Positions 10,084-20,283 are shown, numbered from the stretch's first letter. The stretch: DNA of 64,000 nucleotides from an uncultured Phycisphaerales bacterium (GCA_963718665.1 OY970359.1:160001-224000), one strand, 5' to 3'. Numbers and translations: made by a program. The notes: generated by a model not told the origin, from the sequence alone.

Positions 10084-10821
10084 CTACATCGCCATACCGC
10101 CATCGACGCCAAGGACCTGCCCTGTGATGTATCCGGAGTCGTCGCTGGATAAAAACGCCACTCCGCGGGCAACATCCTCGACGTTGCCAAACCGTTTTAC
10201 GGGTATGAACGCCATCGCGCCTTCCTTTACGGCGTCGGGCAGGACAGCCGTCATATCGGTCTGGATAAAGCCCGGCGCGATGCAGTTGGCGGTAACGTTC
10301 TTTTTGCCGACCTCGCGTGCGATTGATTTGGTCATACCGATTAATCCCGCCTTGCTGGCTGCGTAGTTTGTGGAGCCCGCCTGGCCTATGACGCCCGCGA
10401 CGGAGCTGATACTGACGATTCTGCCGAATTTATTGCGAACCATCGACCTTACAGCAACGCGCGTCGCCACGAAGGCCGCGCGAAGATTTACGTTGATGAC
10501 CTTGTCGAAATCCTCGTCGTCCATCTGAATCATCAGCCTGTCGCGCGTTATGCCTGCGTTATTGACCAAAATGCCTATGCCGCCAAACTGGTTAGCTAAT
10601 TCTTCGAGAAGCGCGGTGAGCTTTTCGGAATTTGTAATGTCGATGCACTTGGTGATAACATCGTATCCCTGCTGTTTGCATACAGCCACAAGCTCTTCAA
10701 GCTGCACCGCGTTAAGGTCTAAGCCGGCAACGATACGCCCCTGCTTCAAAAGTTCCAATACGATTGCCCTGCCGATTCCTCTTGCAGCGCCCGTTACTAC
10801 CGCTAATCTTTTTTCAGACAT
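10084..10821 (-). CDS. fabG: 3-oxoacyl-ACP reductase
   Basis: TGAARGIG, NNAGITRD, YAASK. Confidence 0.96.
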   Translation of the reverse strand: MSEKRLAVVTGAARGIGRAIVLELLKQGRIVAGLDLNAVQLEELVAVCKQQGYDVITKCIDITNSEKLTALLEELANQFGGIGILVNNAGITRDRLMIQMDDEDFDKVINVNLRAAFVATRVAVRSMVRNKFGRIVSISSVAGVIGQAGSTNYAASKAGLIGMTKSIAREVGKKNVTANCIAPGFIQTDMTAVLPDAVKEGAMAFIPVKRFGNVEDVARGVAFLSSDDSGYITGQVLGVDGGMAM

Positions 10822-10930
10822 TACAAATTTCTCCAGATTACGAAATATTAATCGTTTTGCGCAAGTATATTGGTTTTAGAACAGGATGCAAGCCGGTAGT
10901 TGGCAGCCAACATACAGCAAATGCCTGTGA

Positions 10931-11122
10931 TTACTTTTTATTTTCCTTCCAGAGCCAGATTGCCAGAGCAGCTGTAACGATACACGCCGGGATGCTCATC
11001 CACATCGGCACCACAAAAAGATCAGTTATAACCTTCACCTGCAAAATCAGTCGGAGCAAATGTGCGATTGAAACAATCAACAGGAATATCACCGTGATGG
11101 TTGTTGCCGGTTTCATAATCAT
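10931..11122 (-). CDS. Small two-TM membrane protein
   Basis: 63 aa with two hydrophobic segments and an AAGGAG RBS. Confidence 0.75.
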   Translation of the reverse strand: MIMKPATTITVIFLLIVSIAHLLRLILQVKVITDLFVVPMWMSIPACIVTAALAIWLWKENKK

Positions 11123-11134
11123 TCTCCTTAAAAT

Positions 11135-12067
11135 TTACAATTCGCTAATTGCCGCCGCGGAAGAAACGTTAATTATGTTTGCCCTGCGGTGGATGCGTTT
11201 CATCAGGCCGGTAAGGACCTTGCCTGGACCTATTTCATAAAATGTATCTGTGCCGTCGGCCATCAGCCGTTCAACGCATTTTTGCCAGTATATCGGCTGG
11301 ACAAGCTGCCTTGCAAGTGATTCGCGAATCTGGTTTGCGCTTGCATAATAATCGGCTGTGATATTGGCGATAACTTTCGGCTGGGTCGGGTCTTTAATAC
11401 CGGTCTGGGCAAGTGCCCGGCTAAGCGCATCCGCCGCCGGGGACATCATCGTCGTATGAAATGCGCCGGCGACCTCCAGCCGGATTGCCTTCATCGCACC
11501 GTATTTTCCCGCTAATTTTTCCGCCCGTTCACAGGCCGATATTGTGCCGCTTATTGCGATTTGGCCCGGGCAATTGAAATTGACGCCTGCCAGCAATTCC
11601 CCCTGGGCCGCCTCGGCGCACAGGGCTTTGGTCTTTTCCTCATCAAGGCCGATGAGCGCGACCATGCCGCCTTTGCTGTTGTCGGCTGCGGCCTGCATCG
11701 CCTCGCCGCGCTTTTTGACCAACTTCAAACCGTCCTCAAAACTAATCAGTCCCGCCGCGTAAAGTGCGGTATATTCGCCCATACTCAGGCCCGCTGTTAC
11801 ATCCGCTGTGATATTTTTTGTTTTTTCGCCCGCTCTAAATATCTCCAGAATCGCCGCCGAAACTGTAAAAATCGCTGGCTGAGACATTGTCGTTGTATTC
11901 AACATCTCGGCAGGCCCTTCGAAGCAAATCCTGGCGATATCGAATCCTAAAATCTGATTGGCCTTGTCAAATATGGCTTTTCCTGTGCCAAACGCCTCCA
12001 CGACGTCTTTGCCCATCCCGATAAATTGTGCGCCCTGACCCGGAAATAAAAATGCTGTTTTCATCAT
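11135..12067 (-). CDS. fabD: Malonyl-CoA:ACP transacylase
   Basis: FLFPGQGAQ, GLSMGEY, VAGAFHT, EIGPGKVL. Confidence 0.96.
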   Translation of the reverse strand: MMKTAFLFPGQGAQFIGMGKDVVEAFGTGKAIFDKANQILGFDIARICFEGPAEMLNTTTMSQPAIFTVSAAILEIFRAGEKTKNITADVTAGLSMGEYTALYAAGLISFEDGLKLVKKRGEAMQAAADNSKGGMVALIGLDEEKTKALCAEAAQGELLAGVNFNCPGQIAISGTISACERAEKLAGKYGAMKAIRLEVAGAFHTTMMSPAADALSRALAQTGIKDPTQPKVIANITADYYASANQIRESLARQLVQPIYWQKCVERLMADGTDTFYEIGPGKVLTGLMKRIHRRANIINVSSAAAISEL

Positions 12068-12244
12068 TTCGTCCTTAGTATATAGTATCTCGTTGGTTGT
12101 TTGGGTTTCAAAACCGCGAGTTTTATCGCAGAAACAGCAGTGGGTGTCAAGAGACAGCCGGTATTTCAACGGGGCAAAATCCGCCAAAATTGAACCATGG
12201 GTGAGTCATCCGGTCGGATATGCGGTAAAAAACGCAATTTCGTC

Positions 12245-12273
12245 TTGACAAACCTTCCGCTGTAAAGTATCAA
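12245..12273 (+). promoter_or_regulatory. Putative sigma70 promoter of rpmF-plsX-fabH
   Basis: TTGACA-N17-TATCAA. Confidence 0.5.
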
Positions 12274-12328
12274 TACTCGTTTTAATCGAGGATGCTTAAA
12301 TCAGAAGCGATTTTTGGAGTACCAGTTA

Positions 12329-12523
12329 ATGCTGCCGATAAAAAAAATTAGTAAGAGCCGAACTCATTCACGCAGGGCACATCACGCCCTTAAGCCGGTG
12401 AATTACACCGTATGCCCGAAGTGCGGCCAGGCAAAGCTGCCACACGCCGCATGCGAAAAATGCGGTTATCTCAATTCAAAAATCACCCTGAAAATAGCGG
12501 AAAAAACCGAAAAAAAGGGGTAA
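12329..12523 (+). CDS. rpmF: 50S ribosomal protein L32 (Zn-binding form)
   Basis: MLPIKKISKSRTHSRRAH..CPKCG..PHAACEKCGY; located before plsX. Confidence 0.93.
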   Translation: MLPIKKISKSRTHSRRAHHALKPVNYTVCPKCGQAKLPHAACEKCGYLNSKITLKIAEKTEKKG

Positions 12524-12529
12524 TTCCTG

Positions 12530-13597
12530 ATGCGTATCGCTATAGACGCGATGGGCGGTGATTATGCACCGGATGCTATTATTTCGGGCGCAGTTGAGGC
12601 ACTTGCTCTGCTCGAAAAAGGCGACGAGGTGATTCTCGTCGGCCGCAGGGAAGCTATTGAACCAAAGCTGCCCAAAATGGCTGCCTACCCCGCTACGCTT
12701 ACTATTGTTCATGCGCCCGATGTTATTGGTATGGACGACCCCCCTATCGATTCATTGCGGAAGAAACCCCGCAGCTCGATATCGATTCTTGCCAAGTTAG
12801 GCAAGCTGGACCGGGCCGACGCAGTCATCTCCGCAGGAAATACAGGCGCGTGTGTCGCGGCCTTCCAGATGCGTATGCGAAATCTGCAGAGCGTCAATCG
12901 TCCCGGAATCGCGGTGGTCTTCCCAACCTTCGAAGGCCCCGTTACTATTTGCGACGTCGGGGCTAATATCGCCTGCAAGCCAATCAATCTTTACCAGTAT
13001 GCGGTTATGTCTTCGATATATGCACGAGAACTGTTCGGGATACAAAACCCCAGGGTAGGGCTGATTAGCATCGGCGAGGAAGACGCCAAGGGTAACGAAG
13101 TAGTCAAAAAGGCGAGAGGACTCATAAAACAGGACCCGAAAATCAACTTCATCGGGAACATCGAGGGGCGGGATATCTTCAAGGGCGCCTGCGACGTGGC
13201 AATATGTGAAGGATTCGTGGGAAACGTCATCCTGAAGCTGACCGAGGGACTTATCGAAGGGCTTGTCAAGGCAATAAAGCAGGAGATTATGACGCATAAG
13301 TTCCGGCTGGTAATCGGGCCTATGTTCAAAGGGTTAATGAAACGATTCTTCAAAAAGCACGATTATCACGAATACGGCGGCGCGTTGCTGCTGGGCATAA
13401 ACGGCACAGCGTTGATTTGCCACGGGGCAAGCGAAAGCAGGACGATAAAAAACGCCATAATGGCGGCGAAAAAATATCACGTAATAAACATAAACGGTAA
13501 AATTGCCGAATACCTTTCGGCAAGCAACATAGGCGGCGAAGAAGGACAAAACGCCGAACCGGAGGAAGAAGGATTAAGGGCCAGGGATGAGCAATAA
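12530..13597 (+). CDS. plsX: Phosphate acyltransferase
   Basis: MRIAIDAMGGD, ISAGNTGA, CEGFVGNVILK, YGGALLLG. Confidence 0.96.
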   Translation: MRIAIDAMGGDYAPDAIISGAVEALALLEKGDEVILVGRREAIEPKLPKMAAYPATLTIVHAPDVIGMDDPPIDSLRKKPRSSISILAKLGKLDRADAVISAGNTGACVAAFQMRMRNLQSVNRPGIAVVFPTFEGPVTICDVGANIACKPINLYQYAVMSSIYARELFGIQNPRVGLISIGEEDAKGNEVVKKARGLIKQDPKINFIGNIEGRDIFKGACDVAICEGFVGNVILKLTEGLIEGLVKAIKQEIMTHKFRLVIGPMFKGLMKRFFKKHDYHEYGGALLLGINGTALICHGASESRTIKNAIMAAKKYHVININGKIAEYLSASNIGGEEGQNAEPEEEGLRARDEQ

Positions 13598-14611
13598 GAT
13601 TGAGTCGCACCACTCGGATTTCAACGCGGTAATCACGGGACACGGTTCATACGCGCCGCCCGGAATTCTTACGAATGAAGAACTCGCCAAAATGGTCGAG
13701 ACATCGGATGAATGGATAAAGACGCGGACGGGCATCGAACGCAGGCACATCTGTAAAAATAACGAAAGCACGGCGCAATTAGCGACCGAGGCCGCCAAAA
13801 AAGCTATTGCCAAAGCCGGGTTACAGCCGGAACAAATAGAGCTTATCATCGTCGCAACAATCTCCCCTGAAATGGTATTTCCTTCAACAGCGTGCTTTGT
13901 GCAGCAGAACCTCGGCGCAAGAAAGCATGGGCATTCGACCTGGCGGCAGCATGCAGCGGGTTCATTTACAGCATTTCAATTGCGCAGCAGTTCATCGAAA
14001 GCGGCAGGGTTCATAACGCCCTTATCGTCGGCGCGGAAACGCTGACTAAAATCACCAACTACAAGGACCGCACGAGCTGTATTCTCTTCGGCGACGGCGC
14101 AGGCGCCATAGTCATCGAGGGTAAGCCGAAAGAAAAGGGAAAACCGCAAAGAGGCATCATTTACAGCACGATGTACACCGATGGCAGCTCGTGGCAGGCG
14201 CTGAATTGTCAGGCGTATGGTTCTCGCAATCCTGTAAGCAAACCTCTGGATGACCCCAAAAAGATTTTTATGGAAATCAAGGGACGAGAGGTTTATCAGC
14301 AGGCGGTGCGAAGAATCGTCGAGACGATAACGGAGTGCCTGGAGAAATGCAAAATCACCCTCGATGACGTTAAAATGATTGTCTCGCACCAGATGAACGC
14401 CCGAATCATCGAATCGGCAGCCAAACGGCTGGAACTGCCGGATGATAAAATATTCATCAATATCAACGAATACGGCAACACTTCCGCAGCTTCAGTGCCG
14501 CTCGCCTTTGACCAGGCCATACGCGAAGGGAAAATCCAGCGGGGAGATATTGTTATCCTGGTCGCTTTCGGTGCAGGCCTTACCTGGGGCGCCAACGTCA
14601 TACGCTTCTGA
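13587..14611 (+). CDS. fabH: Beta-ketoacyl-ACP synthase III, frameshifted near 13920 (probable assembly error)
   Basis: N-half (TSDEWIKTRTGI, FPSTAC) and C-half (AFDLAAACSGF, HQMNARI, YGNTSAAS) are in different frames; one extra A restores LGAKKAWAFD. Confidence 0.92.
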
Positions 14612-14637
14612 CAACCGCTTTGTGATTTTGCGGTACG

Positions 14638-15210
14638 TTATTTTTTGCTCGTATCCACAAGAGTGAAGGCGGAAACGTAATTGAATTTCTGACCGCCAAG
14701 CGATGCATCGACCATCAGGCCTTTGTCGGTAGCGATGAACACGGCCATTCCTGAATGGTAATCGGCCTTGGCTGCTGCGCCGGCGGTAACTGCAACGCCT
14801 GTAACCTGCGCGGAGAAGGTGTATTCATCGGTTTTGAAACTGTCTAAGTCGGATTTGTCTCTGAAAAATACTATTTCACGGAAATATTCACCGCCGAAAG
14901 AGAAACCGAGTGTTGCCTGTTTCATGTCGCAGTAACCAACCATCTGGCCTTTTTCGTAAACTTCGCCTTTGCCGTAGGCGCCGCCGAGCCAGAATGCCCC
15001 TTTGAAGACCTTCGGCAGGACCGCGTAGCCATAGGATTGATTGAAGAATTTATCGATGCCTGGGTCTTTTTCCTTGAATATCGTGATGGCTTCATTGACT
15101 TGTGCGCTTAGGACGGCCTGTCCTTCGGCTTTTTCGGGTTCAACAGAACAACCCGCGAAAAATAACGACGCCGTAAGTATTACCGTAACAAATTTTATTG
15201 CGTTCATTTT
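14638..15210 (-). CDS. Ysc84/SYLF-like lipid-binding lipoprotein
   Basis: Lipobox FAGC; GYAVLP.V.KGAFWLGGAYGKG; GLMVDASLGGQKF. Start approximate (ORF track allows 15243). Confidence 0.8.
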   Translation of the reverse strand, partial: KMNAIKFVTVILTASLFFAGCSVEPEKAEGQAVLSAQVNEAITIFKEKDPGIDKFFNQSYGYAVLPKVFKGAFWLGGAYGKGEVYEKGQMVGYCDMKQATLGFSFGGEYFREIVFFRDKSDLDSFKTDEYTFSAQVTGVAVTAGAAAKADYHSGMAVFIATDKGLMVDASLGGQKFNYVSAFTLVDTSKK

Positions 15211-15300
15211 AGCTCCTTTCGCATAATTAACAGTTTGTCTCATCTTTTACTTCTACAGCAGGCAATTTGCAAGTGTTTTTGAAGATCAAAAAGAGCAGGG

Positions 15301-16899
15301 TCAGAAAAGCATCGAGTCGGCGAAGGCCGATTGGAAGAAGGGGTCATTGGCGATTTCAATATATTCAATTCGGCGGGCAAGGTCCGCCGCAAGCGCCCGG
15401 AAGCTGGAGCTGACCAGAATCAATTGAGCCCCGGACGAAGCTGCGTTGCCTACGGAGTGGATACGTTCGACAGGGACATTCGGCAGCAGGCCTATGCGAA
15501 GGGCTGATTGCCGGCGGATGTAATTGCCGAATGCACCGGCGAGATAGATTGCTTTTATGTCCGCGTCGGCAACCTTCAGGCGATGCTGAAGAATATGGAT
15601 GCCCGCGCGGATTGCGGACTTGGCGAGCTGAACCTCGCGGATATCCTGCTGAGTGAGATAAACCGCCGGAGTATGGCCTTTGTAAGCAAGGACAAAAGCG
15701 GGGCCTTCATCTTTGGGATGAGAATGTGTGTGTTTAATTTTGGTTATACGTTTCGCGATGGCCGAGGGTAGGGACATTTTGGGGTTGAACCGGCCTGTAA
15801 AATCAATGACGCCCGAATCGAGCATAACAGCGACGGCGTCGATAAGGCCTGAGCCGCAAATCGAGACGGGTTTGCCCCCCCCTATTACGTCAATGGCGAT
15901 ATTGTGTTTCTCGAGAACGACGGCCTCGATTGCGCCGTCGGCAGCCCTTGAACCACAGGCGATTCTTGCGCCTTCAAAGGCAGGTCCCGCGGCACAGCTC
16001 GCAGCAATGAGTTTGTCTTTTGTGCCGAGTAAAACTTCACCATTGGTTCCTATGTCAATGACGAGGGTCATCTGGTCCGCGGAATCGAGCGACGTCGCCA
16101 GAGCAACAGATGTAGTGTCGGCTCCGACAAAGCCGGCGATATTGGCAACGGTGTGAACATTGCCCGCGGGATTAACTCGCAGACCGATTTCGGCTGGAGT
16201 GGAATCATTTGTATCGAGCGAGAATGCCTTATATGGCGCCTCGCCAAGCTGAGTTACTGGTAATTGAAGGAAGATGTGATGCATCGTGGTATTGCCGACG
16301 ACGCAGGTTTCGTATATGTCGTTATTTTTAGCATTGACCTGCCGGCAGCAATCGTCGATGAGGTCGTTAAGCCGACCTGCAATCAACTCGTTTAGCTCTT
16401 TTAATTTTGCGTCGGTCCCGGCGTAGCCGATTCTGGAGATTACGTCATCGCCGAATTTTGTTTGCGGATTAAGGGTGGCACAGGTCGCTAAGAGCCGGCC
16501 TGTTTTCATATCTATTAATTTGACGACGACGGTTGTGGTGCCGATATCGACCGCCAAACCGAGTATGGGACGAATGCCGGCGGCAGAGAGGTATTTCTTA
16601 TAAATATCGGCTCCGACGGCGTCTTTGCGGGCGGCCCCATCGGTGAGGATTTTGTGCTCAACGAAACGGGAATCGGGGAGCACAAGAACCGTCATATTTT
16701 CGGTAACGTGATATTGGCAGGCGAGGACGGTTTGGCCCGCCGGCTGAAGGACAACAGCGCATTTGCCGCAGGTGCCCTTCTCGCCGCATATAGTATTGAG
16801 AACGATACCCGCCAACCCCGCGGCTTCCAACAGCGTTGCGCCGGGGTGAATGGAAACCTGCCTGCCGTCGGGCTGAAAGGTAACGGTAAAATGCTTCAT
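15301..16899 (-). CDS. 2Fe-2S/ASKHA corrinoid reductive activator (RACo/RamA-like)
   Basis: CGEKGTCGKC ferredoxin N-terminus; AVDIGTTTV, GDDVISRI, IDIGTNGE, AAGPAFEG, LAGAFGNY. Confidence 0.88.
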   Translation of the reverse strand: MKHFTVTFQPDGRQVSIHPGATLLEAAGLAGIVLNTICGEKGTCGKCAVVLQPAGQTVLACQYHVTENMTVLVLPDSRFVEHKILTDGAARKDAVGADIYKKYLSAAGIRPILGLAVDIGTTTVVVKLIDMKTGRLLATCATLNPQTKFGDDVISRIGYAGTDAKLKELNELIAGRLNDLIDDCCRQVNAKNNDIYETCVVGNTTMHHIFLQLPVTQLGEAPYKAFSLDTNDSTPAEIGLRVNPAGNVHTVANIAGFVGADTTSVALATSLDSADQMTLVIDIGTNGEVLLGTKDKLIAASCAAGPAFEGARIACGSRAADGAIEAVVLEKHNIAIDVIGGGKPVSICGSGLIDAVAVMLDSGVIDFTGRFNPKMSLPSAIAKRITKIKHTHSHPKDEGPAFVLAYKGHTPAVYLTQQDIREVQLAKSAIRAGIHILQHRLKVADADIKAIYLAGAFGNYIRRQSALRIGLLPNVPVERIHSVGNAASSGAQLILVSSSFRALAADLARRIEYIEIANDPFFQSAFADSMLF

Positions 16900-16951
16900 T
16901 TTTAGACCGCTATTAAGTGTGTTTAACTGCCTAAAGCGGATACCTATAAGC

Positions 16952-17035
16952 TTACCAGCTTATCTTGTGGCGAATTTTCCACTTCTGGTGGCGCTTTTTG
17001 CTTCCGATTTTGCGCCTGCGTCTTGGTTTTGCCAT
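16952..17035 (-). CDS. 27-aa highly basic peptide (not in ORF track)
   Basis: MAKPRRRRKIGSKKRHQKWKIRHKISW; GGAG RBS and a near-consensus promoter upstream. Confidence 0.7.
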   Translation of the reverse strand: MAKPRRRRKIGSKKRHQKWKIRHKISW

Positions 17036-17102
17036 ACTATACTTACTCCGTCAATCCAAACATACAATCAAAAATAACCCTGTTTATTATATCGGGCGTT
17101 TG

Positions 17103-17131
17103 ATAATATAAGAAAAGCGATGAAATGTCAA
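17103..17131 (-). promoter_or_regulatory. Sigma70 promoter upstream of the basic peptide
   Basis: TTGACA-N17-TATTAT. Confidence 0.7.
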
Positions 17132-17186
17132 AGTGCAATTTGATTTATGCGAATAATCTTTGACCCAGGCAAGCGGAGAAACTTAT

Positions 17187-17507
17187 ATGATTCAGTGCAC
17201 GCAGTGCGAATTATGCGAAATCGGGCCTGACGGCAGGCGGGTATTCAAATGCGACCCCTTCTCGAATATCAAGGAGCCGGAGTGCGTCGCGAAGTGGCAG
17301 CTTATTCGGCTGGATATGCTGTTGGTCAGCTACCAGAGTATGATGCGATGGCAAAAAGAGATGGAGCCGATGCAGCGGAAAATGATGAAATACGTCGATA
17401 GAGAAATGAACGACATCGATGAGAGCGACAAGTGGAAGATAGACGAGGAGGAGCCGCCGCAAGATGATGACAAAGGACCGAAACCGGACGATGGCGGAAA
17501 GCTTTAG
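17187..17507 (+). CDS. Hypothetical protein with Cys-rich N-terminus and acidic tail
   Basis: MIQCTQCELC..CDPFSNIKEPEC; GGAG RBS. Confidence 0.8.
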   Translation: MIQCTQCELCEIGPDGRRVFKCDPFSNIKEPECVAKWQLIRLDMLLVSYQSMMRWQKEMEPMQRKMMKYVDREMNDIDESDKWKIDEEEPPQDDDKGPKPDDGGKL

Positions 17508-17588
17508 GGTTGCGGATTTCGGACAAGAATGGGTCCCCTGTTGTAAAACCAGAAGAGAAACTTCCCGGGGATTACACTGCGCGTTAAT

Positions 17589-18758
17589 TTATTGTCGCGA
17601 TGTGGAGGATGCCCCGTTGGTCGCGGCTGCCCCGCGGATTGCGGCATCTCTGACAGAATAGATGATATTCATTACTTCATCCCGATTTTTAATGTCCGTG
17701 CTAAGGGTAAGAAGCTTGTTAATTTGCTCCCAAAGCCATTTTTCATCAACTTTGGCGGGCGGGGTAAGATATAAAGGCATACCCGGGACACAATAAGCCC
17801 CATCCGGCAGCACTTCTTCGACCTTTTCGCCCTTGCCATCAACAAAACTCATATGCTCTTTGGCAAAGCCCTCGACATCCGCCACGCCAAGCTCCTTACA
17901 AACCAGCGACGCAAGCGACTTAATATCAATGGGGGCAACAGAGGAGGGCAAAATACCAAAAGCGTGGCCTCCCCTGCAGAAGGCGGCGAACCTCAAAAAC
18001 AGCTTTGCGGCTGTGGCCGGACAGGAAAACCTGCGTTTGGGAATTTGGCCGTCGATTACGCGAAGACGAATTGGTTTGCCTGTTTTTACGCCGTCTATTA
18101 ATGAACGCAGGAAATACGAACCGCCCGTGGAGCAGATATTGACTAATTGAAGGGTCCCAAAACGAATCCTCGGGAAATTCGACGCCATTTGTCTTACCAG
18201 AAAGTCGAGACAGAAGTTTGTAACGTCGTAAACGCTCGAAGGGGCATTGGCCTTTTCGGAAGAAATAAAAATGCAGGCCTGCATAGACGGACAATCGGCG
18301 GCGGCATTGAGAATGTTGTGGGTACCCCGGATATTGGTAACTATGAAAGCTTCAGGAGAGATGTTTGAAAGTTTGACGGAGGTCCTTGCGGCGAAACTAA
18401 AACACACGGTGGGCTTATAAACTTCGAATATCGAACGCATCCACTTCTCGTCGGCGATATCCCCGATTTCGTAGTGGACTTTTGATGATTCGAGGGGTTT
18501 GTCTTCGAGCGACTCGACGATGTCGTACATCGCCTTTTCGCTGGCGTCAACAAAAACGAAACTATCAACACCCTTATTTCTCATAAGCCCGAACAACTCG
18601 CGCCCTATCCGGTTGCCTATGCCGATAATCAGGACCACGGCCCCTTTAATAAAGCGAAAATCCTCATCAGACAGCTCAAACTTCTCCAGCTCATTGGAAT
18701 CAAGATAAGATTTAATCAGGACTTGCTCTTCGTTTTTGGTTAGCACAACATCCCCCAT
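17589..18758 (-). CDS. Degenerate CapD/FlaA1-like nucleotide-sugar dehydratase-fold protein
   Basis: VVLIIGIGNRIGREL, EIGDIAD, TNIRGTHNIL and FISSEKA align by eye to the polysaccharide-biosynthesis SDR subfamily, but several catalytic positions are changed. Confidence 0.7.
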   Translation of the reverse strand: MGDVVLTKNEEQVLIKSYLDSNELEKFELSDEDFRFIKGAVVLIIGIGNRIGRELFGLMRNKGVDSFVFVDASEKAMYDIVESLEDKPLESSKVHYEIGDIADEKWMRSIFEVYKPTVCFSFAARTSVKLSNISPEAFIVTNIRGTHNILNAAADCPSMQACIFISSEKANAPSSVYDVTNFCLDFLVRQMASNFPRIRFGTLQLVNICSTGGSYFLRSLIDGVKTGKPIRLRVIDGQIPKRRFSCPATAAKLFLRFAAFCRGGHAFGILPSSVAPIDIKSLASLVCKELGVADVEGFAKEHMSFVDGKGEKVEEVLPDGAYCVPGMPLYLTPPAKVDEKWLWEQINKLLTLSTDIKNRDEVMNIIYSVRDAAIRGAAATNGASSTSRQ

Positions 18759-19163
18759 GGCAAATAACCGTTACAGGCGTCAAAACCCATACCAGCACAG
18801 GCATTAAAGACAGGAAACAAGGCAGGATTGATAACCGGCAAACTACTGAATTGGCTAAATAATACGGCTGTTTTGACCGACATATACAATACCCGAATAT
18901 ATAATTTTTGCAGCAACTGTTGACCGCACAAATTACAATAGTATAATCGGCTAAATGGCTTTAAAAAGCAATAGGGCAAGGGATAAAACACAGCGCCGAC
19001 GTCAATTTCAACGTTGCCAATAAGGCATAAAGTCGAATTTAATCAACATAAGCCGGGATTGTATGTCGAATGGTTTTAACATAATCCGCTTTTGTGTCTT
19101 AGAATATCAACCTGGGGATAATCTCGTGGTCCAATCCGTCAAAATTCCGCAAGAGGTGTATTA

Positions 19164-20258
19164 ATGATAATAAAAATGCGTCTAAAAAAACTGCTGCAGG
19201 AGCATAATTTGTACAAACGCGGCATTATGCAGGTTATGGCCAAGGACCTGGGGCTGCACAGGCAGACAGTTTCGAAGATGTTCAGCGACGAAATCGGGAC
19301 CATATCGACCGGCACTTTAAGCAAAATCTGCTCCTGGTTAATAGAGAACGATGTGCCCGCAAAGTCACTGCCTGCCGCGCTTTTCGGGCGAGGGCGGGGC
19401 AAATTATGGCAGGAATTCGCTGAGAAAGAAAAATGCAACTTCTTCATAGGCGAATATCACGAGCCGCGGGAGCAGGAGGTGCTTTGGAAGTGGCTCAGCC
19501 GGAGTGATACGACGGCGCTGGGACTTTTCGCCCAGCAATTATCAACACCACAGGAAGATAATGCCACGACGCCCGGACTGTTTTTTGAATACATACCATT
19601 CCATTACCCTCTGCAAAGCTACGATGTCAGACAGGAACCTTTGACGCAGGACATACAAAGGAGCGGAAAAATCTTCCAGAAGATGCTGTCGGACAAAAAC
19701 ACCTCCTCGATATTAATCGGCAGCCAGCGGGTTAACTATCTGCTGGAGCATTTTGTGGCCGATTTATTCAAATGCGCCCCATTTGCCACCTCTGCACAAC
19801 CTCGCGTGCCGTGGTTTACGGTATATCGTGAAAGCGACCACATGGTACCAAGCTGCTTTGGAGGCAAAATCAGGCCCGGAGGCGGCAAAGAATGTTCGAC
19901 GCCGGGGCTGCATTACATCAATGAGAGGGGCAAATGGGTGGCCTTTCCGTGGCATTTGCACGAGCAGGACGGCGGGGTAGTGATTATTGTCCGCGACAAC
20001 GAAAAAGACACGATGAGTATGGCGGTATTCGGCTTCGGGGGACTGACGACCGAGGCAATCGCCAGAGCTACAGTTCTTCAGGAGGAAAAATTCGTTGAGC
20101 CGCAATGGGAAACAGGCAGCAGGGAAATCGGGGTTTTTATCTGCTTAGTGAAATACCAGGTGAATCATCTGCCGGGTGAAATAGAGGAAACGGTTACCCC
20201 GACGGATTACGAAATAATACCGATGAAGGAAAAGGTATTGAAGCAATTCCTGCTCTAA
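19164..20258 (+). CDS. XRE/Cro-type HTH protein with a large uncharacterised C-terminal domain
   Basis: N-terminal RLKKLL..MAKDLGLHRQTVSKM..ISTGTLSKICSWL. Confidence 0.75.
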   Translation: MIIKMRLKKLLQEHNLYKRGIMQVMAKDLGLHRQTVSKMFSDEIGTISTGTLSKICSWLIENDVPAKSLPAALFGRGRGKLWQEFAEKEKCNFFIGEYHEPREQEVLWKWLSRSDTTALGLFAQQLSTPQEDNATTPGLFFEYIPFHYPLQSYDVRQEPLTQDIQRSGKIFQKMLSDKNTSSILIGSQRVNYLLEHFVADLFKCAPFATSAQPRVPWFTVYRESDHMVPSCFGGKIRPGGGKECSTPGLHYINERGKWVAFPWHLHEQDGGVVIIVRDNEKDTMSMAVFGFGGLTTEAIARATVLQEEKFVEPQWETGSREIGVFICLVKYQVNHLPGEIEETVTPTDYEIIPMKEKVLKQFLL

Positions 20259-20283
20259 CGATAGTCATTATGCCGAAGCAAAA

